The position numbers were made by a program, and so were the translations under genes. 64,000 bases of DNA from Azolla caroliniana (lineage: Eukaryota; Plantae; Polypodiophyta): positions 13,578,001 through 13,642,000 of the forward strand of contig JBHGNT010000010.1 in assembly GCA_043228905.1 (NCBI GenBank), written 5' to 3'. Positions 45,181-57,478 of this stretch are shown here, piece by piece. Numbering within the stretch: the stretch's first letter is position 1; each line of letters starts with the position of its first letter. The notes beneath the pieces are model-generated. The model was not told the origin of the DNA. It did not search any database and saw only the letters and a program-made list of their open reading frames with translations.

Positions 45181-48100
45181 ACGGCAGTTTCAACAGCAAA
45201 ATTTTTGTACGAAAGTATATGGTGTCGATTCAGCTGCCCAATAGAATTAGTGAGAGATCAAGGTACGCATTTCATTAACAAACTTGTTCATGAATTGTCT
45301 ACTTACTAAGCAGCGGTTCATAAGAAAAGCACCCCTTACTATCCACAAGCGAATGGATTGGCGGAGTCGACAAACAAAACCCTCCAGACGATACTCAAAT
45401 AGATAGTAAATGAGAATCGTACGGAGTGGGATCAAAAGTTACATAGTGCTTTATGGGCATATCGCACGTTGTACAAAACATATATTAAATCAACACCTTT
45501 CCGAATGGCTTTTGGATTGGAGGTAGTGATGCCAATTGAATTCCAGATTCCGACACTTCGAATACAAGCAACTGAAAAATTAAATGAACTACAATCGGAG
45601 CAAATTTGGAAGGAATCTTTATTACTACTAAAAGAAGACCAACTACAAGCAATGACAGCTTTAGAGCACAAGCAAAGGCAAACTAAGGCATTTGTAAATC
45701 GACACCAACAGAAAACCGAATCACAATTCGGAATCAGAAAACTTGTACTAGTTTTCTAGACCAAGATGGGGGTGATGCCAGGAAAAATTCAGTATAGATG
45801 GATGGGACCAGTTTGGATCGTGAACAGTAAAAATGGTACGTATCAACTAGGAACCCTATCAAGTGAGATTTTACAGAAATGGGTCAATGGTTTCCGGCTT
45901 AAACCATATCGTGGACATATGTCGGAAAATCCATTCAAGGATGAATCGGAAGAAAAGTAAAAAATAAATCAAATATATATATATATATAGTATAAAAAAA
46001 TAAAATAAAAAACTAACTATAGAATATTTTCTAGCCAAATCATAACTAACTTTCACGAAGAGATTCTTGGAGTAATTTCAAAAGGCTATAAGTAAAAGTA
46101 GTGGAGGCGTATTTCTATTAGTCATTATTACTATTTCTAGCCATCACTCCACTAGTACGCCTAGTCATTACAACATTAATAGTACTTTTATTCCCTAGGC
46201 ATCATGCAAAAAATTAATCTATTAAAACCTATTTCTGTAATGACTGTTTTACCACAGAAGCAGAAACGCATTTGAGCTCACAGATTTTCTGATTTTTATC
46301 GCCATAGCCCCCAACGTTTCTCACAGTGCTCACTAAGTGACGATCTGTTAATCGACGAGGACAACATGCCGTTTGTCTTATCTGACAACTTGCGCCATTG
46401 GCTCGTTCGCAATAAGTTACAACGATTTTTGAAAGTCGCAGAAACAGAGCCGCACCTGAACGCGGAAGGTCTGTTGGCAGAAATCGATGTCTCGACGATC
46501 ACGAATAAGAAGGTATGGGCCGTGTTGGAGATGCCAAGAGGCGGGTTCGACACTGTGAAGAAGGTCACAGAGGATGTTTTGCGGTCCTAGTTTGGTGAAT
46601 ATTCGCCCTCTGCCAAAGCGTATCAGACACAGGGAGGTAGGGATGTGTTTTTTCATGAAGTTGCAAAATTTTTATTGGAAGTAGGGTTTGTTAGTCCCAA
46701 ATTCTATTGTATGCCCAAAAAGAGGGCCAGATTTATTATCACCGCTTAGGAAGGTGAAGCTTTCGATTGGGGGCTACTATCGGCAGATGCTTTGAGAGAA
46801 CAACTAAACGGGGTTCAGAAAGGAAAACCAATGAAGACGATTTTTGCTCCTTGGTTATCGGTATTATTTCCGAGTGTAGGGCCGGAAAACTGATCAGAGG
46901 TGCGTCGGCTGCCTCAGGTACAGTCATCCCGAACCGGACGACAAGTCCAATGGGAAGAGTGGAGGGAAGAAGAATCAATGTAGGACGATACCACTCAGAC
47001 CGACACTGACCAACCGGAACCACGACACCAACAAGAATCAGAACAACAACAGTCGACGCAATCTCAACAGTCCATACCGGAACCAGAACCTACCCAGTAG
47101 TCGCCGACTCCATCGCAGGAGTCTCAACCACAGAGGATGCAAGAACGAGGGACGACAGATGAGCAACCGTTACAGCAGCAGGAGTCAGGACGAGTTGACA
47201 TTGACCAGCGACCGCCAAAACAACGAAGGGTGAAACAACGGTCCCAAAGATACTCTCGACCAGAGCAAGAACAACCTGTGTAGAAGAAAAAGAGAACTAA
47301 CGATCAAGCCGCCCAAAGCACGGAAATACCTCGTGTTAATCCAGATGACACGTCACGAGTTCAAAAAGGGCAGACATCAACGGCAACGATGCAAGAGGCA
47401 CTCGGTTTTTCCGACATTCCGGCAGCAACACATGAGCTAGCTGCCATTCTGTAGTTCGGAACATCATATGAATTGGTAGAATGGTTAGCTAAAAGACTGC
47501 AAGAAGTGTCAGAAAGAATGGCACAAGAGCACAGAGATCAAATAATGATCCAGAAGTCATTATGTGGAGCTAACGAAGCAAACGAGCAAGTGGAAGTGGA
47601 GAGAATTGGTCGACAGCAACATGCTAAAAATAGAGGTGAAGCCATTCAAATACCACCATTACATGAAGCAATGGTGGAAGTACACCGTGAATATGAAAAG
47701 GCTAGCAGAGCAGCCAGGGATATGGCCGAATTATACAAACAGGCTACAACAGCTGCAGATGTGCTTAATGCACAGTATAAACGAATGTAGGCAAAAAATC
47801 AGCAATTGAAAAATAAATTGCAAGAAGAACATATGGCTCTAGGAAAAGCAAGAGAACAGATATTCCAGCCAGAGTCACAAAGACAACCTTTGGAGATGGA
47901 TTCGGAATTACAAAAAAGGTTGTACCAAGCTGAACAAGCACGAAGAGAGGAAGAAATTAAGGCAGAAAAGACTGAGGACCAGTTCAGGGAAATGGTGGCT
48001 CGATTACAGTCGGCAAAAACGACAGCCGGACAGATGTTTAGGGGAAAAGGATAATGTAATATAAGATTTACGCCAACAATTAGCCCAACAACAAGAGACT

Positions 48101-49477
48101 ACAAAGCAACAAGTCAAGGAACTGGAAGAGTATGTCAAGAGCCAAGAGACTTGTTTTACAACACAGTTGGATGGTAAAGACAAACTGGTATACGAAATCC
48201 ACGGAAAAATTATTCAGCAGTAGAACAACTAGAATGAAAAGAAAGCGCAACTAGAAAATTGATGTGCAGAAATTGAAACAGTCTCCGAGAAATGACGACT
48301 TGATCTCTTAGTGGCACAAGCTAAACTGATGTAGGCCGAAGGGCATACCAATGCGGTAATCATTGATTTACGGAAAACATTGGCAACAACATAGTTTGAG
48401 GCTAGAATGACTCAGGACAGGGTTCAAGCAATCATTAAACGTCATCGAATTAACACCCTAAAATTGGTCAATGAATTGCTGGAGGAGTGTTGGCAAACAT
48501 GGTCGGCACAAGCCGTGGAGCTTCAGCTTTTAAGAGCCGATAGAGAAAATAGGAAAGTTCAGGTCAAGGCTTCCTCAAGATGTCAGAAGAAGCAATGACC
48601 ACAGTTCAGGAAGATATTGCTAAGGACCTATACGACATGACGGCTTATTTTAAAGAAGAAATTAACCGAATAATGCAGGAATTCGACAAGCATGATGTCG
48701 AGACATCCGTCGAGTTAGACAATATCGAAGCCGAAAATGTCACCAAAACACCTGGACTCGGGGCACCGGAAGCAGGAACAGAAGCGGAGCCAAGACCATC
48801 GATGGAAAGAACCCGACAGGAAAACAACAATGGGGAGGATACCGAAGATGAATACGAAGATGAGGAAGGCATGGCAACACAGGAGGAAGAACACTCATTA
48901 TTCCACATTTTGCAGGACGACGCAGACGAGGATTTGGAGATGGAGGAAGATCTTTCCTCGCAGGAGTAAAGGGGTCTTGTGGGTTCGCTGGACAACGTCC
49001 TGGCCCACGGGCGTGCCAAGTGTTACCCGGACAAGTATAAATGTGTCGGTATCGGAAAAATGTTTAGAGTTGGAGTCGGATCGACAATTCGGATCGATGA
49101 CTCAGCAAATAGCCGAATAGGACATAGTTAGTTACGAAGTTTTGTAATTCTTGTTAAGTATAAGCAATAGGATTTCTTGATAAGAAAAGACCTTCGGGTT
49201 GCCTATAAAAGGAACCGAAGGCATTGTAAAAATCTATCGTTGTATTTAGTAATATAAAGTTTGGTTAGGAAAGCTCTGTGTACGGATTGCTTCTTGTCAT
49301 CTGTTTATTTCTGTCTAAGCTATATTACCTAAGTCACGATCTCGGTGTCTATTATCACCGATAAGTTTACAGCTAATTCATATCTATTTGTCTAACCACA
49401 ACTTCTTGATAGAACGTTCAAGACGAACGTTCATCTTATACTGTGTCGGCAAAATAGCAATTGTCGACCAAACAACA
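45181..49477 (+). mobile_element. 3' half of non-chromoviral Gypsy L (Tat/Athila-like): integrase, accessory ORF, 3' LTR (~49021-49477)
   Basis: TAKFLYESIWCRF, RDQGTHF, WMGPVW, WVNGFRLKPY to 45960; then a ~3 kb extra region; LTR TGTTACC...CAACA with CCTATAAAA. Confidence 0.85.
46366..48969 (+). pseudogene. Degenerate accessory ORF of L (conserved N-domain, Q/E/P-rich linker, coiled coil, acidic tail)
   Basis: Same-strand pieces 46366..46590, 47473..47790, 47806..48054, 48407..48598 and 48580..48969. The N-domain is homologous to 56407-56740. Confidence 0.75.
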
Positions 49478-50673
49478 TTGCATTTACCATGTACAAATGG
49501 GTTTTCTCAAGGACTTTGTTAATCTACTACATTAGCATAGCTCCTCTCGAGAGGATGCAGTCTGCACTTGTGAATGCCCAATTTGTCGATCTAGCCTGCA
49601 AGAGCACTGTAAATCATCAGAGCATGTTATCTCTTCCATGAGTGGTCTTTTAGATTCAGTATTGTGTCCGAAAGAATATGAGGCTATCTTCCACAGTCAT
49701 AAATGTGTCATGGGTTTATGTAAAGATTGTGGCCATAGAAGATTTAGTTAGCTGGTGTCCAAAAGAGTTGAGTAGTGAAATATTAATCTCTGTCAAGTTA
49801 TTTGTATCTATGGACACCAATTTTGAAGGAAAGGTGTGTAAAAGAAAGGATCTAGTTAGGAAGTCTCTTAAACTAAGGGATTTGGCGTCTTTATTTGTAG
49901 TATCTCTAGGAAAGTTCATTAAACACAACTTCATTTATTCATAGCAGGCCCTTCAGTTGAAGACTTGCATATCCATGTAGTCGATTTTGCAAAGAATTAT
50001 ACTTTCAAGCAACAGAATGAAATTAAATCCATGCATTGGTGTTTAATGGAAGTAACCATTTTTGTGCACATAACATATTTTCGAGCTTCAAGTGATGTTA
50101 AAAAAGTAATTCATTTTTTTATTTCTGGTGATAAAAAGCATGATACCTTGTTTTTGCTTCCATTGTGTGCAAGGAAATTGGAGGTATTGTTTAAACAAAG
50201 CATATATTCAGAATTGAGAGTACCATACATTGAATGAAAAGGACTGAGCGGATGGAGAAACAGAAAAGAATGTTGACTTCACAAATCAGGGCCGTGGAGA
50301 TACTTTGAGTGATGTCATAAATGTTGGGGATAATATCCATGTAAATGAAGAAGAAGACAATTTAGAGGGTGTTGATTTCTATATATTGAAGTGCACGATT
50401 TGTAAACAATGTGCAACGCAGAATATTGTAGATGCTTGGGGAAATTTTGTATCTGTCGGGACATTCTACATCGAAGGTACTTTTTATGCAAGACTAGATG
50501 ATTATGATTATGTGTATAGGCTTTTAGAAGACAAACTAGTAGCGTACATGTACTCTCATTGGGTCAGGTGCATCAACGTCCCAATGTTGCAATACAATAG
50601 CTGCTCAGATTTATACACAGTTAGTGCTAATGTGTATGAATGTATTTACAACAATATGGCATTGAATTTGTAG
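49478..50673 (+). pseudogene. DNA-transposon transposase remnant, Sola2-like
   Basis: Cys-rich segment (CIYHVQM, CTCECPIC, CVMGLCKDCG) followed by DFAKNYTFKQQNEIKSMHW...VTIFVH...HFFISGDKKHD; internal deletion near 50155; C-terminal piece 50305..50673. Confidence 0.65.
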
Positions 50674-52399
50674 CTAGAAGGAGATTATACCAGTTTTCTT
50701 ATAAAGTGGACAAAGTAGTTGTATTGCAAAATAACAGTTTAATAAAATCGTTTGGGTGTCTTTTTCTGTTCTTGTTTCTTAATAAAATTGTGTCTGTTAA
50801 ATGTATATTGATTACAGTCAGTTTTACTTATTGCAACTTTCAGTTTTAGTGTCTGTTCAATGTGCATAATAGCAATGATTTTTTTACTCTCAAGTGAACC
50901 ATGCACAAGTTCAAACAGTTTGCCATTTTGAGAAGAACCAACAACATAAACCCAGAAATCAATTACCTATTTTAAAATTACACAGTAGATAATTTACTCA
51001 AAACAAGCGATTTAAATCTTCATTGATTAATCTTTCATCAAATTACATATTTATAATACACCATTGGCAATGTCTACAAAGCGCCTATAAATAGCTAAGC
51101 ACTTGCTAGTTAGTGGAACATCTGTATATATGTGATCCACATACAGAGCTCGGTATGGTGTCCACAACCATGCAATTAGTTGGCAGCTCAATGTTTTCAT
51201 CAAGTAGTTATCAAGCATTTCATCGGGTACAATGAGACAGCATCTGCGAAGGTTGTAGTAATGCCGGAAATGTTTTGTATCCACTATCAACATATTGTCG
51301 GCATTATTTTCGGGCCTTGTTTTGCTCTTGTGCAGTCATTGGGCCTGGCTTCACACAGTTTTGCTCTTGTATAGTTGACCGTGTCATCGGTTTTGGCATT
51401 ACGTTTGTGCATGTAGATACTTCTATGGTCGATATCAGCCCACTGTTATCACATGTTGCATCTACCTGCAAAATCAAATCATATGTGCAACATGCTTGAT
51501 CTACTTGCGTGACCAGATCTGTTGTGTCAGTTGCTACATCTACTTCCAAGATGGGGCCCTCTAAACACGTAGCAACATCAACAGTTTCCACACTGCCATC
51601 GGCCTAAGGAGCAATAGATTCAAACCCTTTAGACTCTGCAACATCATAAAACACCAACATATTCACACTCACAAAGTAGCTAACAATCTCACAAAACAAC
51701 ATAATGAACATGAAATATTCTGCAACAAAATAATAATATTATCTTAATATCAATCATAGAGTTCCATTACGTAATGTGGATCAAGCAACAACCAATCTGA
51801 GGTGTCAGTTGTCCAAATAGACCATAGGCTATCTTCATAATCTTTTTAAGAAAATAGCTAACAGTCATATCCCACTAATCAGTAATTGGTAGTAATTAGC
51901 CCCAATTCAAGAGCCCCTTCATCGAGTAACTGGTCTTGTCCCCGATTGTGCCCCCTCTTCAGCCTTTTTCTAGTCGGTTGCCCATTTAGCCTTGCTTCTT
52001 TCACCCATTGCGCAAGTGTGTCCCCCTCCGACAACCTTTCCATCACCCCAACAACGTCTTGCAATAGCTTTTCAAGTACAGTGGGATCTGGTGGCACATC
52101 ATCAACAGTTGGGCTCGGTGGGGTTGAATCAAGGTTTTGGGATTCGAAGAACTATAGCATCTAGTGTTAAAAAACATTGTTGTTATGAACCTTAGATTTA
52201 CATATTTCATGGCTTTTCACAACGTTTCCTAATTCAGTACAATCTTCCAAAAGAATAGGGTGGATCTGATCTAAAGGAGATGTGATAGCAGGACTCTTAC
52301 TTTCAGCCACGTTGCTAGTTATCTCCTCATCGGTTGCAGCGTCATCGGCACCGGACACCTCATGCAACCTCCTTAATCCACGAGATTCTACAACAACAT

Positions 52400-53290
52400 G
52401 ATAGCTAATTAGCTACATGGTAGGTAATTAGCAACCACTCTTGATACTACTTGATACTACTACATCTTACTAAATAGATATTCTTCTTAACTATGGCATT
52501 ACCTAATTACCTATCACTCTTGATACTGCTTAGCTAATTAGCTACTAGACTATAGGTTGGCAGTAGCTAATTAGATACCACTTAGCTAATTAGCTGCTAG
52601 ACTATAGGTTGGCAGTAGCTACTTAGCTACATCTTAGCTAATTCGCTGCTAGACTATAGGTTGCCAATAGGTCATAGATTTGTAGTAGCTAATTAGCTAC
52701 ATCTTGGCTAATTAGCTAATACCTAGCTTGTAGCTAATTAGCTACTACACAATTGAACCATAACAACTAAATAGCTACCACACTTTATACAGCTTAGCTA
52801 ATTAGCTAAGATGTAACTAATTAGCTATTCTACTTAAGTATCGTAGTAGCTAATTAGCTACCACTTAGCTAATTAGCTACAATATAGCCAATTAACTACT
52901 ACACTATAGGCTGGTAGTAGCTAATTAGTTGTTGACTTTGGCATGGTAGTAGCTAATTAGCTACATCAAAGCTAATTAGGTATTCTACTTAAGTATGGTA
53001 GTAGCTAATTAGCTACCACTTAACTAATTGGCTACATTGTAGCGAATTCGCTACTACACTATAGGCTAGCAGTAGCTAAATAGTTGTTGACTTTAGCATG
53101 ATGTTAGCTAATTAGCTACATCGAAGCTAATTAGCTATTCTACTTAAGTATGGTAATTAGCTATTCTACCACTTAGCTAATTAGCTAAGATGTAGCTAAT
53201 TAGCTACTACATTATAGGCTAGTAGTCGCAAACTAATTGTTGACTTTAGCACGGTAGTAGCTAATTAGCTACAATGAAGCTAATTAGCCA
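52400..53290. repeat. Array of the palindrome TAGCTAATTAGCTA with a 155-bp higher-order unit
   Basis: Roughly 25-30 perfect or degenerate copies by eye; the marker TATTCTACTTAAGTAT recurs at 52826, 52981 and 53136. Confidence 0.92.
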
Positions 53291-54739
53291 ATCTAACCAA
53301 AAGCCGATAAGATGAGACCGAATCGGAAAGAAGCTAATACGATCCAATCGAAAGCGGATCGGACGAGACCGAATCGGAAAGAAGCTAATCCAACTAAACC
53401 AGGGGTCGAAAAGATTGAGGCCGACGATTACAACAAAGAGGCCTAGAAAAGACACTACCACGAATGTCGAGGGCCAAGCGGGCCAAGCGGATTTAAAGGG
53501 TGTTACCGAGGATGAGATCTCAACAAAGGAGGAGGGCTCTAACATGAAGATTGTCAACTCTAACGCAAGATTACACGATAAAAGTGAACAAAGTGGGAAG
53601 CATGGAACATGCACAAGACATGAAAGGTTATGCTCAAGAGGAGCACGAGGAGCCGCAACAACCGACCATGGCCATGCAAACAGTGAACGAAGACTATGGT
53701 GGATCGGATGGCAACAATGGTTCGGGTGGAAAGAATGGATATGCTCAAAATGGAGAGACAAAGCTGACATAGCGAGAGAAACGGAGGGTACAAGAAGTAA
53801 CGAAGAATTACGAGGGTCGGTAACAGGAGACCGTACAGAGCCAACAACAGAACAAAACCGGAAACCGGGCGGAGCCGACAACCAAAAAACCGGCGACCAA
53901 ACGGGACCGGCGACGAAACCAACCAGGTGGAGAACGGACGGACGAGACTAACAATCACTGACAACTTCGGCACATACCGGAGGATGTGCAGGTTCGGAGG
54001 GGGCGAGTGTCGTAGTGTATTTCATACACTACATGAAAAACTTATAAAGTAACGTTTTAGTAAATATGAAGAAATAGAAGAAAATGTCAAAATAAATAAT
54101 ACATGCATAGGGCAAGATTCAAACCTTGGACCTCCATGTTAATAATGTGAAACCTTACCATTACACTAGCATTTTATTAGTGGTAAAAAGTAGATGTCCC
54201 ACATAGAAAGGTAAGTTCGCCTAGGATAAACTTTAGTTAAAAGAAAAACGCATGCTAAAAGAAAAAGCTACGCATGCATATCTAGCGTGCATGAACGCTA
54301 TAGTCAATAAAAAACGCACAAGATAGAAAAAGCATGATCACTTTAGATAAAGCATATAGTCTATCTATAGGAAAAGTATGGAGTCTATAGTTAGAAAAAA
54401 AAGTATGGATTGTGAAGACTCTCTCATCACCATATAAGGATGGGGAGCACAATTTAATAGGTGAGTGAAATATTTGGGAAATTGGATATATTTCCTAAAA
54501 CACAAATTAATAAACTATACTCGTGGGATTCACAAGATTTCTATATCTTTCTCTATCAATCTAAATACATATTCTTACAATAATATTAATCAATAAAATA
54601 CATTATACTTGTGGGATTCACAAGTTTCTAATAATCTATTCATAATTAGAATTGTCTCAAATTCTTCCTCTTCCTAGTCCAAAACCCCAGCGGTTCCCAT
54701 CCGACTCATGCAAACGATCTGACGCCGAAAGGCACGACA
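53291..54739 (+). mobile_element. 3' end of Gypsy element M (Phygy-like tail, PPT ~53996-54007, 3' LTR 54008-54739)
   Basis: Pre-PPT motif GGCACATACCGGAGGATGTGCAGG is shared with F and K; LTR termini TGTCG...CGACA; inserted into the gag of N. Confidence 0.75.
54105..54175 (-). promoter_or_regulatory. tRNA-like A-box/B-box module inside the LTR of M (antisense to the element)
   Basis: Minus strand reads TAGTGTAATGG ... AGGTC ... GGTTTGAATC with tRNA spacing; a TTTT run follows shortly downstream. Confidence 0.55.
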
Positions 54740-55090
54740 ACGTAATCGAATCCATGTAGTCCAAAGGTAAATAAACTCCCTCTCGTAACCGTTATACTCC
54801 GTTGTTGAGGACGTCCGCAAACGAAAGAGTTCCTCCCGCACTTCTATTGCATTACAACATCTAATATACTTTGCTTTAAATTGTTGCACCAATAGTTGGT
54901 AATTAACTTGTTGGTTAGTTTGCAAGGACTCATACCAATCCCTTGCTTGTCCATAGAAAGTGGCCACCAATAGAGGCAACTTCTCCAAACCCGTCATCTT
55001 CCCTATTGATATTACGTGATGTTCAAAGGTAGCCAAGAATGCTCCCGCATCTTGGACCTCATCACCTACAAAAGCAAATTGAAAAGCCAT
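54740..55090 (-). pseudogene. Gypsy gag N-terminal fragment (element N)
   Basis: Retrotransposon-gag-like FYGQARDWYESL...YQLLVQQFKAKY, truncated by the M LTR. AT-rich leader upstream to ~55835. Confidence 0.65.
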
Positions 55091-55835
55091 ATCGGCTAAA
55101 AATAAGACTTTCCAATAATACGAACAGAATCTGCTTTCCCTCTATATGGAAAGAATCTACCCTCCTTGGAGCGCCAAAATGATGAGGAGATATAGAAAAA
55201 TGATAGAGGAGAGAAGAGGAAGAGAAAAAAGAATACTTCATTCTACTATTAGGAAAACGATACAATTTTCTTGGACTCTAAAAAGAACAACCCCACCAAA
55301 GAACTACATTATTCTCAATAACACTAATCAATAATAGCCTTTCCTTCTTCTCCCTTTCTTCTACTAAGACTCTTGTCACTTCTTCTAGCCTTCGTATTCT
55401 TACTCCCCTCTAATTGCTAAGAATACCTTCCTATTTATAGGTTTTTAGTTGCACTATTCTTGCTTTTTTCTTTTTTACATTTCCTGGATTTTATGTGAGT
55501 CATTTTTTCTATATTATTAATTTAGCTTTGCTATTCCAAATTTGTCATACAAGAAAGTTCTCTTTGTCAGCTTTCGTATGAATCTTTTCTTTTAAAATTT
55601 GGATATGAGATAAAGAAGTTATGAGCTTTTTTCTCTGCCTTGCTTTTTCTTCGTTTTTTTCTTCTTTTTCTTTTTTCCTGCTTTTTTTACTTTTGGAAAA
55701 CGCCTCTAACTTCATATCCCTTCAATTTCATTCTTCTTTTAACTCTTGAAGCTGTCATATTGTGCTTTATTCTTATAAATCTTAGCATCCGATGTACTTG
55801 TCACAGTCTTTTCTTACGAGCAAAATTTGACTTCA

Positions 55836-56742
55836 CACATACCAAGTTGGTACATTAGTTGGGGAGATCATGCCAAAATGGGTGAATCGATTGAAACTGA
55901 AACCTTATCAAGGACCAACACCTACAAATCCATTCAGACTTGGAGTCAAAACAGACAATTTGTCGACCACTCAATGAAGTAGACAAAAGGACAAAAGTGT
56001 AAATAGAGTTTTAAAAAATATCTTGGCAAAAGTATAACAGAAAATAATTGTTGTTATTATTACTTCTTGGAACTGTCCTTTTCAGACTATAAATGGACAG
56101 GCCAACAAATTATTTAGTATTCATTATGAGTGGTGGATATTAAAGAGCCATTATTAGTATATAATAACTATGACATTTTTGTATCATTCAAATACCATTA
56201 ATAGCATATTCTAATTAAAACTTCTCATAAAATGGCCCATCTTTTCATAAACACCCCTTCGACAACATTTTGTGTTTCACAATTTTTAGGCAAATAGAAC
56301 ACAAAAAGTATTCTCACAGAAATCTCAAGCTTTCTCTCCATGCAGGAAACAACCACAACAACGCACTCAAGCATTCAGGCTTTCTCCGACAGCAACAGGC
56401 GAAAACATGTCGATTCAAGTCTCAGATCGACTATGCCAAAGGATGAAATCCAAGGGTTTGCAGGAATATCTCAAGGTCATAGATGTCGAACCACATCCAC
56501 AGGCGACAGATATCATCCATCAAATCAATGTCGACAAGATCACCAATAAACAGGTACATTGGTTTCTTAATTTGAACCACGAAGAATTTGATGGTATGGA
56601 CCATCTCGACGCCAATGTGTTACGGTCCTATTTCGGCGATTATTCGCCATCAGAAAAGGGATACAAGACTCAAGGCAGCTAAGATGAGTTGTTCCCAGAA
56701 ATCGCCAAATTTTTGTTGGAAGTGGCATTTATTAGTCCCCGG
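55836..56742 (+). pseudogene. Fragment of L-related Gypsy O: integrase end plus N-terminus of accessory ORF (56407-56740)
   Basis: TYQVGTLVGEIMPKWVNRLKLKPY; the ORF MSIQVSDRL...AKFLLEVAFISP is colinear with the ORF at 46366; cut by element F. Confidence 0.78.
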
Positions 56743-57407
56743 TGTCATGACATGGCTCGCCTAGAAGCCTAGCGTTGCACACACAAAGGATAACGTGAAA
56801 GTGAGGAAGGAATCACTAGGATTATGGACGGAAGAGACGAAAGAGTAGAGATGGAGTGAATAGAGATCAATAAGATATGACAAAATAGGATTTTTAAGGA
56901 ATAAAAGATAACACAAGATAAGATATAAAATAATATATGAGAAGTGTATGAAATTTATAATCATTTTCATGAAAGAGTTACAAAATGATTGTGCACATCG
57001 TTGAACCGCACTTTGTCTTGCAAGGTAATCGCTCTTCTCTTTCTTGATCGTAGAGCACTACAATCTTCACTTCAATATTTTGATGAAGATCAGGCTCGAA
57101 CCGCCTCCCTCTTGTTGAGAGTTGACCACCACAACCGCCAAGCTAGAGCTCCACATTTATGATAAACTTCTTCCCTTCTTTTTCTATTTTTATGGTATCT
57201 CTTATGTAATACATAATTTGATTGATATCTCATACCTGCCCCCTTTCATCTTCTCTTTCACCATTTAAATAGGTGCCCCCATGCATATGATGCATTGGAG
57301 GGTACAAGTCATGCATGTGATGCATGATCGCCATTTGGCGTTCATGCATTACATGTGATGCATGATAGGCATCTCGTTCATTTTATCTTTCATGTATGAA
57401 AAAAATA

Positions 57408-57478
57408 TATGGCCTAGCCTAATGGTAGGTGTGTTGACTTTGGTATATGAGGTTGTGGGTTCGAGCCTCTCAAACATT
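57408..57478 (+). promoter_or_regulatory. tRNA-like A-box/B-box module in the 3' LTR of F (antisense to the element)
   Basis: TAGCCTAATGG ... AGGTT ... GGTTCGAGCC; D stem GCCT/AGGT; TTTTT about 25 nt downstream. Confidence 0.65.

Noticed and set aside
46366-48969. env gene (plant errantivirus)
   Set aside because: No signal peptide or transmembrane segment is visible; the protein is hydrophilic and coiled-coil-like.
52400-53290. CRISPR array
   Set aside because: Repeats are 14-bp palindromes with short spacers that themselves recur, there are no cas genes, and the context is eukaryotic transposon DNA.
53261-53973. Host gene in overlapping ORFs of 137-206 aa
   Set aside because: This is low-complexity, purine-skewed sequence leading into a PPT and LTR with no recognisable domain; it is treated as the tail of element M.
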